A DNA stretch of 40,956 bases from positions 1 through 40,956 of the forward strand of contig JTLS01000031.1 in NCBI GenBank assembly GCA_000826855.1. The letters run 5' to 3'. The position numbers and the translations under genes are program-made. Below, one piece after another: positions 1 to 11,409 of this stretch (positions within the stretch are counted from its first letter, which is position 1; each line of letters starts with the position of its first letter). Source of the stretch: Basidioascus undulatus. Taxonomy: Eukaryota. The notes beneath the pieces are model-generated. The model was not told where the DNA came from, searched no databases, and worked only from the letters and a program-made list of their open reading frames with translations.

Positions 1-3000
1 GGGGGGAACTGACTGCAAGGACGGGGATGTGCGCACAGCATCTGGCAGGTTATCACGATCCACGACGAGCTCATGCGCAAGATCGAGATCATCATCGAGA
101 AGGTGCCCCTGCTCGACGAGCTCCTCGAGGACGCGTCGAACCAGGTGCGTTCTATATAACCTCATTCTCGCTCCTCAGCAACCCGCGAGCTGATGCAAAC
201 ACGCGCTTATTTCCCTGAAGCTCTCCATCTTCGTCTTCTCGACGCTGGGTGAGTTTGACAGTCAGCTACCTCACCGTGGCGTCACGCTAATATGTTTAAA
301 CAGAGCCCTTCATGGTCCCCCTTCTCGGCAACGTCAAGAGCGTCCTGTTCGAGGCTGCCGCTGCTACGATCGACACGCACAGCCAGACCGAGGTTCGTCT
401 GCGCCCGCCGTGCCTTCTCCAGAGCAGGATGGTCTGACAGTGCACTTGCAGGTCTTTGACGATCCCAACGCGTCCGACCCGACTCACAGCAGTGAGTTTT
501 AAGAGCTAAATGGCTGCTTTGGACGGTGGAGATGTTGACTGCGAAATGGTTGTCGTTGGCAGTGCTCGCCAAGGTGAGGGTTCTGCATGGCTGCTTTGGG
601 ACGATTGGAATGCTAATTGTGAGCTGGCCATCCTGCGCAGGACCACTTCGTGCGTGTTTTAGAGACGCTGCGTTTGCAAGGACTTTGCGGCTGAACTTCG
701 TTGTCCATGCAGAACAACATCCTCAATGCCCCGGCGGGCAACGCAAGTCTTCCTTTACCTTTCCACAGTCGTTTTATCCGCTTGTGCTGACCTTTCCTTT
801 CGCTCGTGCAGGTCGCGACTATCATCCTCAAGGTACGCGCGTGTTACCTCGCTGGACCAGCAGAGTCATGCTGACGACCGTGCGGTTGTCGACAGCACAC
901 CGTGAACGCCGTCGTGGAGGCCTGGAACGACAACGGCATCGACCCCAACCACGTTGCGGACAAGGCCGTCGAGGCGCTTCACCACCCGTACTTCGCTCGC
1001 GGGGATGTCCCTGTGCAGGTGTGTGCATTTGAAGCACTGCCCTTTCCACCACGGTTGCTGAGGGGTTGGATTGGGCGGCAACAGCGCGAGATGATTGAGT
1101 TCGTCGAGAAGTGGGCCAACTCGCACGGTGGCGAGAAGGACGAGGTCTTCCGGCGCCGTAAGTCGGTACTGGACCTCGAAGCGCCTGGATCGTAGCTGAT
1201 GCTGACGTTTGCTGGGCTATGTGGGTAGTGGAGCGCGACGCGGTGCTGAACCACCGCAACGTCACGGACGGCCTCTCTCTGGGCGCGGTCAGTCAGCACG
1301 CGCTTGAGCATGTCATCGCCGCTTGGGTACTGAGACGGTGGAACCTTCGCTGCACAGACGGTCGAGTCCGACAAGGAGAAGTATGGCGACGAGTACTCCG
1401 AGGCGCGCAAGGGCCTCCAGGGCCTTGTCGGCAAGGGCGGTGTGCTCGAGAACGCGCCGGGGGCGAACGTCGTCGCGGGCGTGTTCGGCGCGCTCGGCGG
1501 CAACGACAACAACAACCGTCAGCAGCAGGTCAGCGCTCACTGACATTTCATCATAGCTGGGGTGACCCCGCTGACGCGTTGGGGCTCGGCTTGACCCAGA
1601 GCTTCCAGCGCTACGAGGAGCGCCGCGACGAGGAGGGCAGCGCGTACGACGGTAACCGCGGCGAGCGCGCTTCGCGCCGCAACGAGTGCGCCCTGCTGCT
1701 GGCCCCGAATACGATTGACTGCCAGTCGCTGACATGCTTGGGCATCTTGCAGGTACGGCCCCGACCGCACCAGCTCCACCCGCCGAGACGGCGAGGAGCA
1801 GCGCGGTCAGTACGGCTCGCGCCGCGACGACAACGAGAACGTGCGTTGGTGGTGTACCGAATGAGGCAGCTGGTGTTCCTGGCTCTGAAGGATCATTTGG
1901 CTCCAGCGGTATGGGCAGCAGCAGTCCTACGGCGGCGAGGAGACCTACGGCGGCTCGCGCCGCGATGATGACGAAAGCGTGAGTCATTGCTGCGCCGCGA
2001 GGCCTATCGACGCTTTGTGTTAATGGACCTTGTCCACTCCAGCGCTATGGGCAGCAGCAGTCGTACGGCGGCTCGCGCCGCGACGACGGTGAAAGCGTGA
2101 GTAGCCGAAGACGAGTTCGGGGACCCCTGCCCAGCCCAGCTGATGATCTTGCAAACTCAGCGCTACGGGCAGCAGCAGTCTTTCGGTGGCCGTGACGAGA
2201 CGTCCTACGGCGGACACGAAGAGGTCAGCCTGCTTCCCCGTCTATATTCGATGGACTGCGTCTGATCGCAAAGGCTCGGACAGAACACGTACGGCCGCCG
2301 CCAGGAGTACAGCTCGTCCTCGCGCGACGATGAGAACGTAAGAGTTGTCACCGCGGATTCTCTCGTTCAAAGGCTGACACTTTGAAAAGCGCTACGGTGG
2401 TCAGCAATCGCAAGGGTACGGGCGTCAAGAGGTGCGTCCAAAGACGTTCTGTATCACTGTGCTCTTGAACTGATCAGGGAGTGGTTCGAAGCAGCGCAAC
2501 GACTACGAGGACCCCCAGGAACGTTCTCAGTACGGACGTGAGGAGCGTCAGTCGTACGGCGGCAGGGAGCAGGAGGTCGGCCGTCAGGAGCGCGACTCGT
2601 ATGGGCGTGGAGGCGACTCCTACGGCGAGCAGGGCGGCTACGGGCGCGGCGGTGGATATGGTGGCGAGGAGGTGAGGAAGCAGAGTAACCTCTTAGTGTT
2701 TTGGAGAAGGCAACTGACAGAAGAGACACTGTGTTGCAGAACAGCGGCGGGTATGGCGGAGGGCGCGAGGGCGGGTTCGGGGGCGGCCGCGTATGCTTCA
2801 ATCGCCTGACGCGAGAGGGACAGCGGCTGACTTAATCCATGTAAACAGCCTGAGCACCATGGCCACGGCGAGTATGGCTCTGGGCGGGAGGGCGGCGAAG
2901 GTCGCTACGGCGGTGTAAGTATTTGCACGGCATTACCCTCGAGGGACTTTCGCTGACTCGGGTCACTGTCTCCCTGTCTTGGCAGGATGAGCGCGAGCAG

Positions 3001-3072
3001 TACGGCGAGCCCACGGGCGGAGGTGGCTACGGCGGCAGCTACGGCGGTGATGACGAGCGCCGCGGTTGGTGA
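1..3072 (+). CDS. het-c: Heterokaryon incompatibility Het-C family protein, 5'-truncated by the window edge, multi-exon, with a Gly/Tyr/Gln/Arg-rich low-complexity C-terminal tail
   Basis: Hand-spliced translation: ...IWQVITIHDELMRKIEIIIEKVPLLDELLEDASNQ|LSIFVFSTL|EPFMVPLLGNVKSVLFEAAAATIDTHSQTE|VFDDPNASDPTHS|MLAK|DHF|NNILNAPAGN|VATIILK|HTVNAVVEAWNDNGIDPNHVADKAVEALHHPYF... The DPTHSMLxKDHFxNILNxPAG and HHP motifs are characteristic of Het-C. Stop TGA at 3070-3072 after ...YGGSYGGDDERRGW. Confidence 0.88.
1907..2431 (+). repeat. Tandemly duplicated phase-0 exons encoding RYGQQQS-type repeats in the Het-C tail
   Basis: Exons 1907-1978 (RYGQQQSYGGEETYGGSRRDDDES), 2043-2096 (RYGQQQSYGGSRRDDGES), 2161-2223 (RYGQQQSFGGRDETSYGGHEE), 2284-2337 (NTYGRRQEYSSSSRDDEN) and ~2390-2431 (RYGGQQSQGYGRQE). 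The first two also share ctccag| and AGC|gtgagt flanks. Confidence 0.85.
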
Positions 3073-3488
3073 AAATGGGGTGGCAAAAGGGGGTGGCCGC
3101 GGTCCTCTCTGCTTGAGCTAGGTCGTTGTTTGGACTGAGAACAGACTTTTTGATGACATACCCTACTGGCATATATCCATGTGTTTCTGACGAATATGCA
3201 ATACCTGCTTGTGCCTGAAGACTTCGCCGTGCGTCACAGTGCGTTACGGGCCCGTCACATTACTTCCTAAAAACCTGATCCCGAAAAAAAGGAGCGTCGA
3301 AAGCCCACGGTAGAGTATTGAACGAGATTGACCGTGCGGGACAGCAGGCACGCTGCGCGCAGCTTTCGCTGAGGTGCTTCCGTCTCCCGCTTTCGCTGGC
3401 GAGCACGTTCATTCAGACAGGTCAGCTTGAGCGAATGGCGAGAAGTCCTCTCTGAGGTACCTGTCCACACGCCTGAGAGCCACAGATG

Positions 3489-3496
3489 CATAAAAG
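3489..3496 (+). promoter_or_regulatory. TATA-like element upstream of the small SMP-like gene
   Basis: CATAAAAG about 60 nt upstream of the ATG at 3549, which has an A-rich context (caacaacaATG). Confidence 0.35.
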
Positions 3497-3548
3497 CAGG
3501 CCACTCTCGAGCAAGAGCCCCCAACACCAGCTCCAGCGGTCAACAACA

Positions 3549-3825
3549 ATGGCGAACAACAGCAAGAAGACGAGCCAGCAGGACGCTCAGCCCATCCAGT
3601 CCTCGCAGGTGTGTGGCCTCTACCGTCGTCCAAATTGATGAAGAGTGGGATACTGAACAGTGCGGCGGTCTTTGGAAGGCCAAGGGTGGCAAGGACGTCG
3701 GTAAGGGCGGGTTCGCCGCTCGTGCACAGTTTGCGGCGGCCAAGAAGGAGGGCGCTGCCGGCGGAGACAAGAGTAGCGGCGCGAAGGACTCGGGCAAGGG
3801 TGCTGGTGGCAAATCGAACAAGTGA
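3549..3825 (+). CDS. Small hydrophilic SMP (seed maturation protein)/LEA-like fungal protein, two exons (3549-3608 and ~3679-3825), ~68 aa
   Basis: MANNSKKTSQQDAQPIQSSQ|AKGGKDVGKGGFAARAQFAAAKKEGAAGG...GGKSNK*. The IQSxQAKxGxDxxKGxFAARAQxAA pattern resembles the small fungal SMP-like proteins. GT donor at 3609, branch-like tactgaac at ~3651. Confidence 0.7.
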
Positions 3826-6800
3826 GGAGCGTAGTATGGGGACTTGAATGGGCCCCCAACGAAGGAGACAGTTCGCTTGTTCGCATGTACGCCTAAGTGA
3901 AATCTTGAGTTGCGGCGTATTGCGGAAGGACGATACGAAACTCGACGCAAGTCTCAGGAGGGACTGGCTGATATCGGTTCTGAAGGCTTTTCTCCCCTCC
4001 ATGGAGGTTGTCACTCCTACTCTCCGTACCCAAGGACTCTACCCGTGAATGCAAGCAGCTCAGATGTAAATAATTCCCTCGCTACTGTTAGGACACCAAC
4101 ATGCCGCTTTCCGAAGCTCCAGTGTGATAGTAATGTATGAAATCTACTATAATTGAATAACCGGGAAATATGCATATGAGTGTGCGGGCCCTCCCGTCGG
4201 ACCCGATAGCAGAGCCACGATCTACACCTTGGAGTCCGACACGATGGAATGCGAGTAATCGTGCTCGCTAGGAGCGTGGCCCAGTTGGGGTAGCGAGATG
4301 GAATCAGCAGTCGCATTGTCGTTATTGCCTGTTTGCACATCCACCTGACGAAAGGAAGTAACACTCTGTGAACCAGCGTATCTTGGCGGCTGGGCGTGGG
4401 CAGCCCCGTCAATTGTGAAATTCACCTGGACGCGTGAGTTTCAGAAGGAAGGGGTATAGTTTACGGGTTCACTTACGGACGTCGTCCGCATTGGGGTCGT
4501 GCTTGCTGAAGATGTGCCGCGAGCGGTGCGGAGTCGCGGAGAAGCCCTTCGACTTGGAGCGAGACTTGCTCCGGTCGCGAGACGTTGAGCTGAGGCCGGA
4601 GTGGTAGTCCGCTGTAGCCTAGTAGGTGGGTGTTCAGCCTTTATTGTACTCCAAGTCCAGTACTTCCAGTGTCTAGCACGCACGTTGCAGACTGAGGATC
4701 AGTCGCTGTGACATGACCTGAGGACGGTCCATTTCAGCCTTCGTGCCATCTTCAACTGTACCAACAAACCCTTCAAGACCCACCTGATTGATGGCGATGA
4801 ACAGAGGTGCGGCTGCACCTTGAATTCCCGGCTGGGCTATCAGAATGGCGTTCGCCGTGTTCCTGTGCGACGCAATTTTGTTAGGGCTGGTCCTGCGAGT
4901 CAGCTACAAGACTTACATCAATGCGCCGATGCCCGAAGAAGCCCACCCCGTGCTTCATGGTCTTCTTCGTAAAGTTCGAGCTGGGTTTAAGGGCACGCCA
5001 GTCAGCCATGGTCGGAGAATGCTGGAAGTAACGCTATCGCCCCGACGCACTGCCCGCTGTCCTTCACCGAGTTGTGGATGCACCAAGTGGTGGCCATAAC
5101 GGCGATTTTGTTTTCAAAACCATGAGTCACCTTTGCCGGTCAGATTCTGTCATAGTCTAGCGTTTTCTACTATGTGGAAACGGGAAACAACTCGCAGGGC
5201 AGCGACGTAGAACACCCAGGAGTAGTCGTAACCGCTACTGGCCGACCTGCGGCATTTGCCCTGGATCAGCTCCACCTTTCGGCCGAGGATTCCTGAAATT
5301 GCGGCCTATTCGTCTGGGTGAGGACCTGTTTGTGTGTCAAGAAAGGGCGCTGCGCAGCTCACAGCGAACGAGGCGACGAGGAGGAAGCCGAGCGTCCACG
5401 TCACCCATTTGATCTTGGATGCTATGGTGGTTGTTCGAGTGTAGATGATAAGTTGGCTGGCGAGCGTCGCGACGACTGTTTGTCCCATGTGAGCTGGTGA
5501 GTATGGAGGATGAAGCCGGACGCCCACGAACTTTTGAAGACGAGGCTGGCAGTGAAGACTTGCTTGCATTCGGTGTCGGTCCTCCCTGTGGACAACGCGA
5601 ACGTCCCATCATAACCATCACGTCAGTTGCATGATTTTTCGGAACTTCAACAACCTGAACAGGGGTGGCAGCCACGACGATGAGCACCACTTACCAAAGC
5701 CAGAGCGACGACGCTGAGATACCGCACAGCGACAAAGAGAATGCAGCCGAGGGAGAATCGTCTTCCGGTACAATTGGTACTCTCTAGGAAGAACATGGAT
5801 GAAATCTATGCGGTCACTGGTAAGCAACGCTCTGCGGTCCAGGGGTTCAATGACCTTCCACGTACCCCAAAGCGCAATGCTGTACGCGGCGATCCGTACA
5901 TTCGCTGCTGAATCTCCTGACATGCTCGATCCCAGCCGACACCGGAAGATAAGGCGATGTGGTTAGAAGAGAGAGCGAAAGGTGTTGTCGTCGAGCGTTC
6001 AGACCCGCAGGTCCTTATACCCCTCCCCGCTCACATTTGTTTTTCACTCACCCAGACGAACAAGAATACATACATCGTGAAAGGTACCCCTCCCGAAAAT
6101 CCTCGCCTTCCACACCTCTTTCATTAAGGGACGCAAAGGGACGGGGAGCATGGCCCATGGGGTAGGTGGACGCCCGGACCTGAGTGGCTGCCCGATCGAA
6201 CTCCCGCTTACCGGTCACAGATCGAAACGCTGGAACACGATATTTATTGAGGTCCAGAGATGAAGATGAACAACGTACCATAGGGCTTGGACAGGGCGCA
6301 CGTAGACAGCAGTGCGGGCCTCTATTTCTGTCGTTTCTTGTCGAGCCGAGCGAGGAGGCGTTCTGTCCGCGATCGCAGTCATGTCTGCTTGCGGTCTGAT
6401 CGTCGCTCACTCGTAACTCGCAATTGCAGCCGGTAACCCTGCACTCCCCAATGAAGTGTACATGTACCAGCAAGACTGCTGAAGTTGGGAGACGACGTCA
6501 GTTCGAGATCTTGGCGCCTGCTTATAGGGGCGTCAATCAGTTACGAGCTGCGTGTTCACGTCAACCCTCGAAACAAAGGATCTGGAACTGGGGTCTTATG
6601 TTTTGTTCACCCTTATATTTGAGCGTCGCGACAATAAAGTAAATTAGTAATTCCTGATGTATTATATACATCTCAAGACCAGCAGACGTGAGTCCAATGC
6701 ACGCGCAAGGTGCGGCAAGAGCTCTCTGGCGGTCTATCTACACCGAAACAAGAATAATGGGTAGGAACCAGGTCCGGGGACGGGCGCTTGCAAGTGGGCC

Positions 6801-7866
6801 ATCTGACGCTGTGCGGGAAATGGGTGTTTGGGACATATGGGCCGTATGGGGTCAGTTAATGTCACTTCAATAATGCCAGCATGGTCCTCAACGTTAACTG
6901 TGGCATTTCAGTGCTTTACCCTATCACCCTTGCTTTGGTCGTAGCTCAGGCCGGTTGGGCAAGTAAAGTGCAATCGTATTTTTATGTGGTACCTTTGTCG
7001 GGGACTTTCTGATTGTTGCAGAGACTGGAAACATCATTGGGCCCATTGGACGGAGGAATGGGGGGCTATCTGCAGACTTGTTTCGTTGGCAGCCTGCTAC
7101 ATGTGCCGAGGCAGCATACAACCCGGGAAAGATATTTATTGTGCACTTGATTATCTGATGAATATCTCAGCTCCAAATCACTGTATCCAATCGGTTAATT
7201 TCACAAGTGTTCAGTAGAGTTGTGACCCAAACGCTCAAGGGCCCAACGCTCACGGCTCGAGCTCATCACAGCTGCATGCCCGCCAATGTGAGCCAACCTG
7301 TTTGTGAAGGGAAGATACAATCAAGTATAGGTACAAAACCTTCTCGCATGTGATCTTCACCCAGACATGTATCCTCAACATTGAATGTACGAGATGCGAG
7401 CGTTCAACACCCATAGAAACAGGCTGCCAATCTGTCACAGAGCAGCATTGAGTTGCGCCAAGGACCACATTTTGCCAAAGTAAAAAGCACACAAAAGTCT
7501 CAGCACTTTCAGCCTTCGCACGCTGTGTCTTTGGCACCGTCACCGCCCTTCCTCGCCTCCTCTTGCGCTACCGGCCGTCGAGCATTTGCCAGGTGTCAGA
7601 TTGTCTGATACTTCTAACTATCTGTATGACATACGAGAGGCCAGATAAAACGGGCAGCGCTCATCCTGAATGGAGTACGCCACGATGCCCCTCCTTTGAT
7701 TCACAGGAATGAGTATGCATGCTATGCCCAGCGGACTGGCGAAAAGCCCACCCGGCCGGCGAACGACTTAGATGTCAGCAGTAGACTTCGGCACAAAGGC
7801 CTTAAAGCATACGCTTTATTAACTTTGATACCACCAACACCCTATCAAGTACACCTCAGGGAAAGC

Positions 7867-7950
7867 CCCTGCGAAAGAAAGCTGGAAAGGAAGCAGGCTG
7901 CGTGGAGCGTGGGAATCGTCGACGACACTTGGAGAGTCAAGAATCCGGGC
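7867..7950 (+). repeat. Inverted repeat copy A (partner at 11220-11301)
   Basis: The core gctgcgtggagcgtgggaatcgtcgacgacacttg matches the reverse complement of the 11220-11301 region at 33 of 35 nt. Similarity extends from ccctgc to aatccgggc with small indels. Confidence 0.9.
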
Positions 7951-8292
7951 AGCCCGGCGAGGAAGACGATGATGGTTGTGGTTCGAGTTCCAGGACGTTG
8001 TACGCAGCCCGACTAGAAGAAATAAGGAGGCTCGGCCTGTTCTAGCAGTCATGGGCGTCCTGCCTAGCTGTACACGTCATCAGTCTTCTCCATGTACGAC
8101 TTACGTCTTGTCCCGTTTCTCAGTCATGTCCCTTACTTCTCCAGCTTGTTGGTCGTACAAGCTTAAGGCCACAGACAACCAGCATACCACGAGTTAAGTA
8201 AAAAATGCACAAATGAAATACGAATGAGCAAAGTGTCAAGGACAACATCAACCCCTCCACTGCCCTCTCCGCCCGCAAGCCAGCCCACCGCT

Positions 8293-11003
8293 TCACATCC
8301 GCTCGAGCGGGGTAAGCGTGAGGAGGCGCATAGCGGAGGCGAGGACGTTGCGGGCGCAGACGTAGAGGTAAAGGCGGGCCTGTGCAACCTGTTTCCCCCG
8401 CCCAACCACCATCCCATCATCAGCATACATTCGCGTGCAGGACACACAGGACGACATGGGTGACGCACCTCCGGCTCCGCGCCCTTGACGATGACCTGTT
8501 CCCATGCGGAGGACACCACGTGGCTGAGCTTCATGCAGAAGCCGACGATCGCGTTCGGCTCCTTGCTCTTGAAGGCGGTGCGGACGGCGTCCGGGTAGGA
8601 TGCGATGAGGTAGACGAGCTCGCGCGCCTTGGGCTCGGTGAGGAGCGACGTGTCGATCTCGGCGGGGGGGTCCGCGCGCAGGACCGTCTGGTCTGCGACG
8701 CGGCGCTCGACCGAGGAGAGACGCACGTGCGCGTACTGAAGGTACGGGCCCGTGTCGCCCTCGAAGGAGGTCATGCGGTCCCAGGCTGTGGGCGCGGGCG
8801 GGTTAGGTTTGAGCTGGGTAAAGGGGCAAGGAAGGTGGCGTACCGAACTTGTAGTTCATGACACTGCATCACAGCCGCAAGCGGAGCGTAAGCCAGGAGA
8901 CGAAGGGAGGGCGGGGAGGAAGGAGACGCACCGGCGAGCGGTCATGTCCTGGATCTTAACAGCAGACAGACCGAGCGTGTCGGCCGTCCACTCGGGGTCC
9001 TCAAGCTGGTCGTATTTCTTCGTTGTGTCCTTCTTCATGACCTCGAGCATCGTCGTCTTAGCCTCGTTCAAGATCTCTGTTCCCGTCCCTCCGCGCTGAG
9101 CTTTCTTCCTCACGGGGAGCGAAGACGGAGAACGCACGGTCGAGGAACACCGCCGTGCCCTTTCGCGTGGACATGCCGAGGACCATGCCAAAGTTGACGT
9201 GCTCTAGGCGGTCCGCCCACTCGTAGCCCATCAAATCCAGGACCTTGAAGAACTGCGCGAGGTGCAGGTCCTGCTGCGCCGCGACGACGTAGCTGGTTGT
9301 GTCCCACTCTCCGTCAGCTTGACAGAATTCTTGGTCTCCTCCTCTCCCCTCCGTTCTCCTGCTCGCCGGTGGAGGTGAGAGGAAGTGCAATGTGAGAAGG
9401 GGACAAACATCATCTGGTCGAAGTGGTACTTCTCCCACCGCTCGATCGCACCGCCGATATCCCTGTCATTCCACCCGCACACATGAGCATGAGGCGAGGA
9501 GCCTCAAATTCGCAGTATGGATGCGCACCGAGTGATCTGTTTTCCAAACAGCGAAACCCAGATGAGCGGCCCATCTTCCACGTCGCCACCTCTCACACCC
9601 CACTCACGTAAAGCGTCGTCCCGTCCTTCTTACGCACGACCGTCTTGCCTAGCTTGTACTTGTCCAAGTCGATCAGGAGCGTCTTGCCCTGCTCGCTCTC
9701 GGTGACGATGCCCTTCTCCTGGAGGACGTCGACGGCGGCGTTCTGGGACGCTTGCGTGACCTGCGACTCGCCCGAGTACACGTCGAAGTGGATGTTGAGC
9801 CGACCGTATGTCTCCTTGTACTTCTCGATCGACAGGTCTCGGAACTTTTTCCACAGCGCCAGGGGACCCTCCTCGCCTGTCCAGCCCATCCCTCCCTTAA
9901 GCGCCCGCCCGCAGTCCCCAGCCCAGCCCAGTCGGGGGACGACGCACCGTCCTCCATGCGCTTGAAGAACCTCCGCGCCTGGCCGTTGATCGTGTTGTCC
10001 TCGCTCCCGTCGTCGGCCGGTGCAGCAGCATCAGCCGCAGTATCCGCGCCCGGCGCCGCGCCCGGCCCGTCGTCCGCGTCGATGTCGACCGCCTTCTTGC
10101 CCAGCGCTTCCTCCTCCTCCTTCGCGGCGGCGTTGATCTTGACGTAAACGTCGTACAGGTGCGTGATCGGGTCCGTCTTGAGCGCCTCCTCCGAGCCGAA
10201 GCGGTCGAACCCGACCGCGAGAAGACCAAATTGCTTGCCCTGTCACCCCACTCCTCCTCCTTCAGCAACCCACATCCCCACCATCTACACAAGGGGTAGA
10301 GGAATACTAACCCAGTCGCCGAGGTAGTTGATGCGCGTGACCTTCCACCCGTTGGCCTCGTACAGGTTCCCAAGGAACGCGCCGATGATGGTCGAGCGGA
10401 GGTGGCCGGCGTGGAACGGCTTGGCGATGTTGGGGCTCGAGAACTCGAGCACGAGGTGCTTGCCGTTGCCCTGCGTGTTGGTGCCGTACTCGGGCTTGCC
10501 CGAGCCCGTCTTGTACGTGAGCGTGTGCACCTGGTCGAGCACGTGCTTGATGAAGGGCGCGGTGCGCGCCGTGTACGTCAGAAAGCCCGCCTTGTTGGAC
10601 ACGCACTCGAGGTACTCGTTCGGCTCGAACTGTGGGTGAGAGGGTTGAATCAGTCCCGGGTAATGCCCGGGTCGAAAGGGACAGGGCGGTGGCTGCTCAG
10701 AAGACTGCCGGAGCCCGTCGACCGCGAGGCAGACCGCCTCCCGCCCTGGAGAAGAACATGACTCACCGCCTGCACCGCCTTCTCCGCCCAGTCATTCGGC
10801 TTCCCACCCAGACGGAAGCGCGGGACAGCGACATGGAAGTCCGCGTCCTTGCGGCCGATATCAACGCCCTCGTACGCCTTCTCAAGGTCGATGCCGAGTG
10901 CCTTCTGGAGCTGGACGGCGACAGCGGTGCGGTACGCGTCCATCGCGACGCGCTCGGGCTCGGTGCCCGGGATGTAGGGCAGCTGGGTTGCGGAGGACGC
11001 CAT
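8293..11003 (-). CDS. argS: Arginyl-tRNA synthetase (class I), multi-exon
   Basis: HIGH-region motif [33 protein letters not shown], [20 protein letters not shown]-equivalent GMSTRKG, anticodon-domain [19 protein letters not shown]-terminus LTPLERM* (stop at 8293-8295). First in-frame ATG at 11001-11003. Confidence 0.97.
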
Positions 11004-11219
11004 GGTGCGGAGGAGGGGCGGGCGCTGGGGAAGGGAGAGGGCCGAGGTGGTGGCTCGGGGGAAAGGGAGAGGATGCGGGTGCGGGTGAGGGTGGAGGGAG
11101 GAAAGAGCGCGGAAGGTCTGCCGCAGGAAACGGGGAATGGTGGTGGGTGTGTGCGCGGCGGCGGGAACGAGTCAAGGCAAGGATGGACAGTCCAAAGCGA
11201 GAACGCAGCAGGCAAGCAA

Positions 11220-11301
11220 GCCCGGATTTTTGAACAAGTGTCGTCGATGATTCCCACGCTCCATGCAGCTTGTTTCCGTTCCCAGCTTGTCTTTTGCAGG
11301 G
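11220..11301 (-). repeat. Inverted repeat copy B, in the ArgRS upstream region
   Basis: Reverse complement reads ccctgcaaaagacaagctgggaacggaaacaagctgcatggagcgtgggaatcatcgacgacacttgttcaaaaatccgggc, which aligns to 7867-7950. Confidence 0.9.
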
Positions 11302-11409
11302 TTTCTTTATAGCGCATTTCACAGAAAAATTGCCGGTATCAGATATCGTAGAACTGCTAACCACAGGCATCTGTGCCCAAGGTTGCTGAGAAATCGCCGC
11401 TGAGGCTGG

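Noticed and set aside
1810..2220. CRISPR-like or satellite array (repeated cggctcgcgccgcga and gggcagcagcagtc)
   Set aside because: The repeats are in-frame coding exon duplications separated by spliceosomal introns in a eukaryotic gene.
979..2801. Long antisense or alternative-frame ORFs over Het-C (likewise over ArgRS, lunapark, DHTKD1 and lamA)
   Set aside because: Expected shadow ORFs of GC-rich coding sequence: Arg/Pro/Ala-rich, with no motifs.
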